DNA of 27,638 nt from the IMG/VR virus record IMGVR_UViG_3300043394_000460, positions 1 through 27,638 of that record; one strand, 5' to 3'. Numbering within the stretch: the stretch's first letter is position 1; each line of letters begins with the position of its first letter. The notes below the pieces were generated by a model that saw only the letters and a list, made by a program, of their open reading frames with translations, was not told the DNA's origin and did no database searches. Of the stretch, positions 8,508 to 16,118 are shown piece after piece. Source of the DNA: a virus (lineage: Duplodnaviria > Caudoviricetes). The position numbers and the translations under genes are program-made.

Positions 8508-9097
8508 AACCTAAATCTTCTTATACAGACAGTGGTTTAAAGATTTGTAGTGATTGTAAAATGGCCAAATCTAAAGAACAGTATTATCCTAATATTAAAA
8601 AGTGGGATGGTATAACAAATGTCTGTAAAGATTGCAATAAGAAAAGAGATAGATTAAAAGATAAAGAAAAAGAAAGGGTTAGAAGAAGAATTAAATATTT
8701 AAAGTATAAACAAAAAGAGATTCAAAGAGATAATGTTTACAAAATAAATAGATCAAAAGTTGACCCTGCTTTTAAACTAATTAGAACTTTGAGAGTTAGA
8801 CATTCGAGTGCTGTTAAAGCTGCTGCAGCAAATAAAACATTCAGAACTACAAAATTATTAGGATGTACAGCACAGCAACTTAAACAACATATTGAAAATC
8901 AATTCAGTACCCAAATGAGTTGGGAAAATTATGGTTCTTTTTGGCATATTGATCATATATATCCTCTAGCACTTGTTGATTGGAATAACATAGACCAAGT
9001 GAATAAAGTTTGTAATTATAAAAACTTACAACCTTTACCAATTTTAGATAATATAAGAAAAGGAAAAAAATTAATACATCAAGATGAAAATAATTAA
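8504..9097 (+). CDS. Free-standing HNH endonuclease with N-terminal Zn finger
   Basis: CxxC...CxxC, MSWENYG..WHIDHIYPL, NLQPL...NIRKG. Confidence 0.85.
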   Translation: MKPKSSYTDSGLKICSDCKMAKSKEQYYPNIKKWDGITNVCKDCNKKRDRLKDKEKERVRRRIKYLKYKQKEIQRDNVYKINRSKVDPAFKLIRTLRVRHSSAVKAAAANKTFRTTKLLGCTAQQLKQHIENQFSTQMSWENYGSFWHIDHIYPLALVDWNNIDQVNKVCNYKNLQPLPILDNIRKGKKLIHQDENN

Positions 9098-9147
9098 ATT
9101 AGTTATTTTTGTCAAACAGTTTTAGTTAGTTTATTTTTTTAAAAGCT

Positions 9148-9178
9148 CTTGTTTATTAACAAAGTTAATGTAGATTTG
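9148..9178 (+). promoter_or_regulatory. Bacteroidota-type promoter
   Basis: CTTG 9148-9151, 19-nt spacer, TAGATTTG 9171-9178, 7 nt before ATG 9186. Confidence 0.6.
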
Positions 9179-9185
9179 TGTAATT

Positions 9186-9839
9186 ATGGCAATACCTTCT
9201 AGGCAAATAGGTTGGGGCCCACAAGAAAATCTTTTGTGGCAAATCTCAAAACAACTTGAACAGTTGGGTTGTGGGATTTCTAATGCTGGTATTCCAGGTC
9301 CTCCAGGTCCTCAGGGCCCAATGGGTGTTTCTGGTTTATTTGCTCAAACAGGCAACAGCACTGTTATTACTAATACAACAGTAGAAACATCGTTGATTAA
9401 TGGTGGTGTAGGTACACTGTCTGTACCAGCTAACGGATTTAACGTTGGTGATAGTTTTAGAGCGATTGTTGGCGGTATTGTGAACGCTAATAATAATCAA
9501 ACTCTAAGAATTAGAGTTAAGGCAGGATCTATTGTTCTTTTGGACAGTGGTATTCAAAACCTTGGAAGTAGTGTTATAAATGATGTATTTTCTATAAACG
9601 TTGATTTTACCATTAGACAACTTGGAGCTGCAGGTGTGGCATCACTTGTTGCATTAGGAAGTTTTCATTATACAAAAACTAACAATGCTTCTGTTCAGGG
9701 ATTTGGTTTTAACACTGTTAACACCACTACATTTGATACAACAATTAGCAACACATTAGATATCACTGTTGAATGGGGTACTGCTAGCACAGGAAACAAC
9801 ATATATAGTGACATATTTATACTAAATAAAACATATTAA
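9186..9839 (+). CDS. Putative virion fibre/decoration protein with short collagen-like linker
   Basis: N-terminal module MAIPSR...LLWQISKQLEQL, G-X-Y repeats GIPGPPGPQGPMG, then a Gly/Asn/Thr-rich beta-type domain. Confidence 0.65.
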   Translation: MAIPSRQIGWGPQENLLWQISKQLEQLGCGISNAGIPGPPGPQGPMGVSGLFAQTGNSTVITNTTVETSLINGGVGTLSVPANGFNVGDSFRAIVGGIVNANNNQTLRIRVKAGSIVLLDSGIQNLGSSVINDVFSINVDFTIRQLGAAGVASLVALGSFHYTKTNNASVQGFGFNTVNTTTFDTTISNTLDITVEWGTASTGNNIYSDIFILNKTY

Positions 9840-9841
9840 AA

Positions 9842-9985
9842 ATGGCAATACCATCAAGACCACTCAGTCAAGATCCACAATCTCAGCTCCTTTGGAACAT
9901 CTCCAAGCAGCTTGAGCAATTAATTGGATTGGTAGGTAAGTTAGCAAACACTACAACAACTACCACGACTACAACAGCACCATAA
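9842..9985 (+). CDS. 47-aa paralog of the 9186 N-terminal module with a poly-Thr tail
   Basis: Not in the ORF track. MAIPSRPLSQDPQSQLLWNISKQLEQLIGLVGKLANTTTTTTTTTAP*. Confidence 0.85.
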   Translation: MAIPSRPLSQDPQSQLLWNISKQLEQLIGLVGKLANTTTTTTTTTAP

Positions 9986-9988
9986 TTT

Positions 9989-10027
9989 TTTTGCACAAAG
10001 GAGCAGAAAATGCTACCTTTCGCAAAA
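9989..10027 (+). promoter_or_regulatory. Imperfect hairpin overlapping a promoter-like sequence upstream of the HNH gene
   Basis: TTTTGC-ac-AAAGG-AGCA-gaaaa-TGCT-a-CCTTT-c-GCAAAA. TTTG 9990-9993, 20-nt spacer, TACCTTTC (one mismatch to TAnnTTTG). Confidence 0.5.
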
Positions 10028-10038
10028 TTTAACTACAT

Positions 10039-10848
10039 ATGAAGGAATTAAAGTATATCTGTGCAGAAGAATGGAGAGATATTCCTGATTTTGAAGGTTA
10101 TCAAGTTAGTAATCTTGGTAATGTTAGAAATAAACAGTTAAAACAATTAAAACAAATTTCTAACAAACGAGGCTATCTTTAGGTTAGATTTAGAAAACAA
10201 GGAAAATCTACACCAAGAGTTATTCACAGGCTTGTTGCTAAAATATTCTTAGAGAACCGAAAAAACTATACTCAAGTTAATCATATAGATGGAAATAAAA
10301 GAAATAACTGTGTAGAAAACTTAGAATGGGTTAATAATTCAATGAATCAAAAACATGCATATTTTCTTGGTTTACAACCGAGTAGAGCAGGTGAAAGAAA
10401 TATTAAAGCCACTATAAAAAATAAAGATGTAGATACTCTAAAGGAATTTTATAACTCAGGAAAAACCATAAAAGAAATATCTAACGTTACAGGAATAGGA
10501 TTATCAATTGTCAGGAATATAATATATGGTAAAGCTTGGAAAGATAACACTACTGATGTAGTTAAAAGAGATGATAGGTTAGTCAAATCTACTGAATCAG
10601 TACAAAAGGCAATTAGAACAAAACAGTCTAAAGGTATGTTTGGAGTATCGATTGTACAACTATCAAAAGATAATAAAGAACTAAATAGATTTAGAAGTAT
10701 AAATGACGCATCTATAAAAACAGGCATACCTAGAAAAAGTATAGAAGCTGTTGTTCATGAAAAAGAGTTTTACTCAAAAGATAAATCTAAAAGCTGGAAA
10801 ATGACAGAAGCTGGTGGATATATCTGGAAAAAAAATATAAACCAATAA
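10039..10848 (+). pseudogene. NUMOD4-HNH homing endonuclease with C-terminal HTH/NUMOD1-like domains, interrupted by an in-frame TAG at 10180-10182
   Basis: EEWRDIPDFEGYQVSNLGNVR (NUMOD4), GYL*V, IHRLVA, QVNHIDGNKRNNCVENLEW (HNH). In frame with track ORF 10342..10848. Confidence 0.85.
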
Positions 10849-10856
10849 TAAAATTC

Positions 10857-11876
10857 ATGAAAAAACAATTATTTTACATTACAGCTTGCCCTGACGATAC
10901 GTATTATACATGGCAAGTGCATTTGTGGCTAGAAAGCCTGAGAAACAGAGGTGAATCACATAAGGCTATTGTCTTGATATTCATCCCTAGTTTTAGAGAA
11001 CAAAATCCTAAATGGGAAAAGATTATAGATCTTTACCCAGAAGCTGAGTTTCATTTTTACAAAGACTCTCACGACATTAGTCAGCTATTAGGAATCTACA
11101 TTCCAACACTGCGTCCTTATGTTCTCTGGAGATACTTCAAAGATCATCCTGAAAGATCAGCAGATGCTATTATGTATTGTGATTCTGATGTGTTCTTCAC
11201 TGAGAAATTTGACATCAGTAGCTTTATAGAGGATGATATTTGTTATTTATCAGATACAAATAGCTACATAAACTCTGACTACTTCGACAGCAAGGTGAAT
11301 CAAGTGTTACCTGAAAAGCTAGAAGTATATAAGCAGAGAGATATACTTGGTGAATTAGCTAGTCTTGTTGGTATCAGCAGAGAGATTGCTGAAGCTAACA
11401 AAGAACATTCAGGAGGAGCTCAATACTTGTTAAAGAATATTGATGCAGCTTTCTGGAACAAAGTGATGAATGATTGCCTATTGATACGTAGGTATCTGCA
11501 GAATGTGAACAAAGAGTTCTTCAAAGATGAGAACACTGGATTCCAAAGCTGGTGTGCTGATATGTGGGCCGTGCTATGGAACTTATGGGCAAGAGATAAG
11601 GAAGTCTTAGTGATTCCAGAAATGGGATTCTCTTGGGCTCCAGATCCAATCACAAAGCTAGAGACACACCCAATCCTTCATAATGCAGGAATTGTAGGTG
11701 AGCAAATGGATGGATATGCATGCTTCTATAAGGGTACATACCATACAGGTATAGATCCAACCAAGGACGGTCACTTAGACAAAGTGTTAAATGATGAAAA
11801 GTCTAAGACAAGATGCACCTGGTACTATACCAATGAACTTAAAAAATTATATAACAAATATCAGTTAAATTATTAA
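10857..11876 (+). CDS. GT-A glycosyltransferase resembling plant hydroxyproline O-arabinosyltransferase / peptidyl-serine galactosyltransferase (GT95/GT96)
   Basis: YYTWQ near the N-terminus, YCDSD (DxD), GGAQY, and WCADMWA resembling the W..EMY.Y motif as I recall it, followed by ILHNAG. Confidence 0.55.
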   Translation: MKKQLFYITACPDDTYYTWQVHLWLESLRNRGESHKAIVLIFIPSFREQNPKWEKIIDLYPEAEFHFYKDSHDISQLLGIYIPTLRPYVLWRYFKDHPERSADAIMYCDSDVFFTEKFDISSFIEDDICYLSDTNSYINSDYFDSKVNQVLPEKLEVYKQRDILGELASLVGISREIAEANKEHSGGAQYLLKNIDAAFWNKVMNDCLLIRRYLQNVNKEFFKDENTGFQSWCADMWAVLWNLWARDKEVLVIPEMGFSWAPDPITKLETHPILHNAGIVGEQMDGYACFYKGTYHTGIDPTKDGHLDKVLNDEKSKTRCTWYYTNELKKLYNKYQLNY

Positions 11877-11877
11877 A

Positions 11878-12585
11878 ATGAAAGATTATAACGGTATTGT
11901 TAATTACAATGACTCTGAAGATGATTACATGATTTATATAATGTACTCTACAGATCCTTCTGATAAAAGTATTTATATAGGTGTTACTGAAGATTATAAA
12001 CAACGAATTAAAAAGCATTCAGATGGAAGAAAAAGAAAAATGTATAAAGATAAACCTTTATACACTTGGATGAATAATGTTATAGATGTTATGAACTTAA
12101 AAGTGGTCTTTGAAATATTAGAAAAAAACTTAAGTTCGGATGATGCTTTTTTAAAAGAAGAAGAATATATAAAACTCTATAAAAATTTAAAATACAATGT
12201 TTTAAATTTAACAAATGGTGGAAAAGGAGTTAAAGGTAAATCTCCTTGGAATAAAGGAAAAGTTGGAGTTTATTCTAAAAATCATTTAAAAAAACTATCT
12301 AATTCAAATAAAGGAAAAGTTTCACCAATGAAAGGGAAAACTCTTTCATTTGAAAGAAGAAAGCAAGTATCAGAAAATAATAAAGATAGAGTAGGTAAAG
12401 AATGGAACAATCCTTTAAGAAGAAATATACTAAAATACTCTTCGGAAATGCAATTAGTTGATATATACCATTCATTAAAACATGCTTCAATTTCTGAAAA
12501 AGTACACCCTGCATCAATTGGCAAATGGTGTAGAGGTGAGAATCAACCGAAAAACGGATTTATATATAAATATGAAAACAAATAA
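11878..12585 (+). CDS. GIY-YIG homing endonuclease with NUMOD3/NUMOD1-like tail
   Basis: MIY...IYIGVT...RIKKH, E..YI, NLTNGG.G, PWNKGK repeats and GFIYKY. Confidence 0.88.
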   Translation: MKDYNGIVNYNDSEDDYMIYIMYSTDPSDKSIYIGVTEDYKQRIKKHSDGRKRKMYKDKPLYTWMNNVIDVMNLKVVFEILEKNLSSDDAFLKEEEYIKLYKNLKYNVLNLTNGGKGVKGKSPWNKGKVGVYSKNHLKKLSNSNKGKVSPMKGKTLSFERRKQVSENNKDRVGKEWNNPLRRNILKYSSEMQLVDIYHSLKHASISEKVHPASIGKWCRGENQPKNGFIYKYENK

Positions 12586-12615
12586 ATTTATTCATTAATA
12601 TTAAATTAAATTAAA

Positions 12616-12819
12616 ATGAGCTCTAATCAGAGACCTTTAAAAGGTTTTGTGCGTGTTGATGGATCAGGACGCATAGTAGGCGGAAGTCTAATTCTTAGAA
12701 GAAAGATGCCTAAAGTGGGTAAATGGATTGAAATTCCAGCATATGAGTGCTGCAACCCAACCACAACTACAACAACAACAGTAGCGCCTACTACTACAAC
12801 AACCACAACCATAGGATAA
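12616..12819 (+). CDS. Small protein with C-terminal poly-Thr (mucin-like) tail
   Basis: ...YECCNPTTTTTTTVAPTTTTTTTIG*, using mixed Thr codons. Confidence 0.8.
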   Translation: MSSNQRPLKGFVRVDGSGRIVGGSLILRRKMPKVGKWIEIPAYECCNPTTTTTTTVAPTTTTTTTIG

Positions 12820-12825
12820 TAACGT

Positions 12826-13233
12826 ATGGCAAAATCATTATTTCCAGAGGAAATGATTAAATCTAGCAGTGAAATGTCCTTAGAGTCTATCGCTGCTAGA
12901 TTGACCTATTTTCACGAGCAGTTACATCTGCTTCATTGGCAGACCACTAGTTATGCAGAGCACAAAGCTTTGGGAAAATTGTATGAATATATACAGGATT
13001 TCAAAGATGGTGTTATTGAAAAGCTTATGGGCTACATGAATAAACGTCCTGGCGTTTATAAAATTGAACCTCTTATAAACTGTACAAGTAATGAGTGTGT
13101 TTCAAATCTTTTATCATTTGCTTCAAACCTAAAGAGTTTTGCAAACAGTAATGGCTACCATGACATTGGTAACCTTGCAGATGCTCTATCTGGAGAAGCA
13201 GCTAAAACACGTTATCTATTAACACTTAGTTAA
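12826..13233 (+). CDS. Ferritin/Dps-like four-helix protein (DUF5856-like)
   Basis: QLHLLHWQTTSYAEHKALGKLYE...D..IE, C-terminal YLLTL. Confidence 0.75.
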   Translation: MAKSLFPEEMIKSSSEMSLESIAARLTYFHEQLHLLHWQTTSYAEHKALGKLYEYIQDFKDGVIEKLMGYMNKRPGVYKIEPLINCTSNECVSNLLSFASNLKSFANSNGYHDIGNLADALSGEAAKTRYLLTLS

Positions 13234-13514
13234 TGCAAGTTAATACAAAGTTTGTCTCTCAGGTGATTCCAGATAATGACATGATCTACCTTAACAGGTT
13301 GGTCTCTATTATAGAATCTGTGGATGAACTGAGTTCTTTAGAAATCACTAAGAATCCACACTCCTATCAATTTAGGCTTGTGGCCAGTCTTCCAAAATAT
13401 AATGAATTATTATTGGAAGAAATCTTAAAGTTTCATAACTTGCTACGTATTAAATTAAACCTCTCGAAGAGTATTAAGAGTTCTTCAACTATATGCTTCG
13501 AGATAAATCTTTAA
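13233..13514 (+). CDS. Hypothetical protein
   Basis: 93-aa ORF with TAATG coupling. Confidence 0.65.
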   Translation: MQVNTKFVSQVIPDNDMIYLNRLVSIIESVDELSSLEITKNPHSYQFRLVASLPKYNELLLEEILKFHNLLRIKLNLSKSIKSSSTICFEINL

Positions 13515-13528
13515 AACCAAATTAAATT

Positions 13529-13774
13529 ATGGCAACGTACGATCCAAACAAGAAGTACACATGGACTCCTCAAGACGAATTCACTCTTAGTGGAGCAGAG
13601 TTCGGACTATTATTAAACAGCTTCAGAGCAATCCTTAGTACAGAACAAGCTCAACAAGTGTTATTAGCTAACAGAGCTAATGAAGTGGTGGAAGCAATTC
13701 TAGCCAGAGCAGTTGAGAATGATGTTGTAAAAGAAGCACAAACACCTTCTACAGATGGCAAAGCAAATGATTAA
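13529..13774 (+). CDS. Hypothetical protein
   Basis: 81-aa ORF with an A-rich start context. Confidence 0.7.
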   Translation: MATYDPNKKYTWTPQDEFTLSGAEFGLLLNSFRAILSTEQAQQVLLANRANEVVEAILARAVENDVVKEAQTPSTDGKAND

Positions 13775-13922
13775 ACGTAAAGACGGAAGTGTTTCACAAC
13801 GTGGATTGTGGGATAATTTAAGGAAAAAAGCAGCTCAGAATAAAAAGACTGGCGCTAAACCTAAGGCTCCTACAAAAGCCATGATAGCTCAAGAAAAAAA
13901 GATAAAAGCTAAAGAAAAATGA
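13755..13922 (+). CDS. 55-aa Lys-rich basic protein
   Basis: Not in the ORF track. MAKQMIKRKDGSVSQRGLWDNLRKKAAQNKKTGAKPKAPTKAMIAQEKKIKAKEK*. Fills the gap and has an ATGA overlap with the next gene. Confidence 0.75.
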   Translation: MAKQMIKRKDGSVSQRGLWDNLRKKAAQNKKTGAKPKAPTKAMIAQEKKIKAKEK

Positions 13923-14143
13923 TATATGAACCTAGAAATAGGATTGATGTATCTACACCAAAAGGTGATGGTGTAATATGGTTGGTTACAGACTACGGTC
14001 ATGAAACAGATACTATTTACACTGTGATCATAAATGCTACAGGTGAAATGTGGCAATTCACACACAAGGATATCATTGTTAAATCTAATATAACATTTAG
14101 AAGAAATGGCAACAACAAAAAAGACAGCAGCTTGGACTCGTAA
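13919..14143 (+). CDS. Hypothetical protein
   Basis: 74-aa beta-rich ORF in the operon. Confidence 0.65.
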   Translation: MIYEPRNRIDVSTPKGDGVIWLVTDYGHETDTIYTVIINATGEMWQFTHKDIIVKSNITFRRNGNNKKDSSLDS

Positions 14144-14387
14144 AGAAGGTAAGAATCCTTCTGGAGGACTTAATGCTAAAGGTGTTGCTTCTTATAGAAA
14201 ACAAAACCCTGGCTCTAAGTTAAAGATGGCTGTAACAACTAAACCTTCTAAACTAGATCCTGACAGTAAACCTGCTAAGAGAAGAAAGAGTTTTTGTGCT
14301 CGCATGTCTGGTGTAAAAGGTCCTATGAAAAAACCAAACGGTAAACCTACAAGGAAAGCTTTAGCGTTGCGTAAATGGAATTGTTAA
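14106..14387 (+). CDS. Basic phage protein (DUF6321-like)
   Basis: WTRKEGKNPSGGLNAKG..SY...NPGSKLK...RRKSFCARM...LRKWNC. Confidence 0.7.
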   Translation: MATTKKTAAWTRKEGKNPSGGLNAKGVASYRKQNPGSKLKMAVTTKPSKLDPDSKPAKRRKSFCARMSGVKGPMKKPNGKPTRKALALRKWNC

Positions 14388-14406
14388 ACTTATAAATCAT
14401 AATACA

Positions 14407-14706
14407 ATGGCAAAAATAAAAAAAGCCCAAATGGGAGCTGGTGTTCCTAAGGGTAAAGCAAAAACTGAAATGGGCAAAACTGTTGATAAAAAAGAGTTTA
14501 TGGCCAGACAAGATTCTATGGCTAAAGCTATGGATAAACAACGTGCTTCTTTAGGTAAGAAGAAGATGAAGAATGGTGGTAAGGCTAAATCTTTCCCAGA
14601 CCTTAATAAGGATGGTAAAGTGACTAAGGCTGACATTCTTAAAGGTCGTGGTGTCATCGCTAAGAAAGGCGCTAGTATGAAGAAATGTAAATACGGCTGC
14701 AAGTAA
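14407..14706 (+). CDS. Lys/Met-rich basic protein with an EF-hand-like loop
   Basis: FPDLNKDGKVTKADIL (DxNxDG loop) embedded in K-rich sequence. Confidence 0.75.
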   Translation: MAKIKKAQMGAGVPKGKAKTEMGKTVDKKEFMARQDSMAKAMDKQRASLGKKKMKNGGKAKSFPDLNKDGKVTKADILKGRGVIAKKGASMKKCKYGCK

Positions 14707-14843
14707 TGAAATCAGGAAAACCTAAGAAGGCCCCAAAGGTTATCAACCCTAAGCCCAATCAAAACTTCATGAGGGAATCAGACGTTATTCGTAAACGTAC
14801 TAGTCCTCAACAACCTATGAAAGGTAAAAGACTTTCTAAATAG
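14706..14843 (+). CDS. 45-aa Lys/Pro-rich basic peptide
   Basis: Not in the ORF track. MKSGKPKKAPKVINPKPNQNFMRESDVIRKRTSPQQPMKGKRLSK*. TAATG coupling, ends at the terminator. Confidence 0.7.
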   Translation: MKSGKPKKAPKVINPKPNQNFMRESDVIRKRTSPQQPMKGKRLSK

Positions 14844-14873
14844 AAAAAGCCCCTAATTAACAGGGGCTTTTTC
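14843..14873. terminator. Bidirectional rho-independent terminator
   Basis: GAAAAAGCCCCT-aattaac-AGGGGCTTTTTC between the two converging gene blocks. Confidence 0.88.
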
Positions 14874-14947
14874 AGTATTATAATGCTGATTTGTTAGGAT
14901 TTTAGCTAAAATTATAACAAAAACATACGAATTCGGTAGTATAGTAC

Positions 14948-15481
14948 CTATTTTCTTAATGCATTGTACACTGACAATGTCTGATCTATGTATTTGTAAT
15001 TCTTACTCTTGAGCCAACATTCATGAGCAAACAGTCCATCTGCATCATACCTCTGCAGGTTCCATCTAGAGTTTCCTAATAAGGAAACATCCATGATAAA
15101 GTTGTGTGAATCGATGTTATTTAATGTTACACTTATTCCCATTAACCTTAATATTCCTGAAGGAAATATTTGTTTGAATGATGCAAAGTCTGCATCTAGA
15201 TCCTTTATAGCATCCCATAAGTCTGGGTGTATTACAGTATCATCATCATTGAAATATATCCAACCATTTTCTACAAGATCTAATGCAAAGTTTCTCTGCG
15301 CATTACCAGATATGCTGTTCTTATCAATTACTGAATAGCATTCAGCTTGTGCTGGCTTGTTTTCAGGAATTGGTCCATCAAACACAACTATCCATCTGTA
15401 TTTAGGAAAGTTGATACTTTTAGCTATCTCTTCTAGGTTCTCTGGACGAGAACATGGTGTGATGATATTAATCAACTTCAT
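14948..15481 (-). CDS. GT-A glycosyltransferase with GT43 (glucuronosyl/xylosyltransferase)-like motifs
   Basis: ITPCSR, WIVV.D, QRNFAL and IYFNDDD parallel GT43 ITPT..R, W.VVED, QRN.AL and YFADDD. It could instead be a divergent GT2. Confidence 0.65.
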   Translation of the reverse strand: MKLINIITPCSRPENLEEIAKSINFPKYRWIVVFDGPIPENKPAQAECYSVIDKNSISGNAQRNFALDLVENGWIYFNDDDTVIHPDLWDAIKDLDADFASFKQIFPSGILRLMGISVTLNNIDSHNFIMDVSLLGNSRWNLQRYDADGLFAHECWLKSKNYKYIDQTLSVYNALRK

Positions 15482-16118
15482 TTCTGTATAAGATTAAGAG
15501 TTTATCATTGTCCCATCCTGGAGAATGTTTAAAAATATGTTCTGTCATTACAAATGTAGCTGAGCTGTAATAAGCAGAAAGCTCATTAAGCTGTTCTGCA
15601 TATTGTTGCTCAGAAGCATTTCTGAATATATCCTCAATAACAAGAATACCACCAGGTTTTAAGAACTTAGTAGCAATCTTTGCAAATCTTATTTGATCAG
15701 CAAACTCATGTGTGCTGTCTTCAACAATAATATCAAACTTACAACCAGCTCCTTCAAGAGAAACTTGAATAGACTCTTCAGCCTTTACATTCATATAATG
15801 ATATTCAGTGTTCTGAAGGTTATCAATCACCGCTTTAGTAAGTCTGTTGTGATCATATTCAAATCCATACAATTTAGCATGTGGAAAGTATTCTCTCCAG
15901 CACATCATAGATTTGTTATCTAGAATGCCTATCTCAGCTATTTCTAGGTACATATATCGTAATGGACCAAAGATAAAATCATATACAGCAGTGTAGGGAT
16001 GTTTGTGTAGTGTAGAATTTGTATTGTATGGAGATTTATCTGTACCATACAACTTCCCTAACATACAAAGATCTGTAATTGAATCACTAGAATCAATTAC
16101 AATTTTATTTATTTTCAT
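15468..16118 (-). CDS. Class I SAM-dependent methyltransferase, probable sugar O-methyltransferase
   Basis: YGTDK, EIGI, WREYFP.A, FDIIVEDSTH, LKPGGILVIED. Lies between two glycosyltransferases. Confidence 0.8.
   Translation of the reverse strand: MKINKIVIDSSDSITDLCMLGKLYGTDKSPYNTNSTLHKHPYTAVYDFIFGPLRYMYLEIAEIGILDNKSMMCWREYFPHAKLYGFEYDHNRLTKAVIDNLQNTEYHYMNVKAEESIQVSLEGAGCKFDIIVEDSTHEFADQIRFAKIATKFLKPGGILVIEDIFRNASEQQYAEQLNELSAYYSSATFVMTEHIFKHSPGWDNDKLLILYRNEVD

Noticed and set aside
10180-10182. Genome-wide TAG-to-Gln recoding (genetic code 15)
   Set aside because: Several genes end at TAG (4481, 14843, 14948, 19389, 20537, 21700, 25067, 25272), and the other long genes are intact under the standard code.
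10342-10848. Stand-alone 168-aa gene
   Set aside because: It is the 3' part of the NUMOD4-HNH frame starting at 10039.
12760-12810. ACA/ACT-rich runs as a microsatellite, CRISPR array or DGR variable region
   Set aside because: They are in-frame Thr codons with varied third positions. There is no repeat-spacer periodicity, no template repeat and no reverse transcriptase in the window.
12627-12812. Poly-Val ORF on the - strand
   Set aside because: Antisense shadow of the poly-Thr gene.
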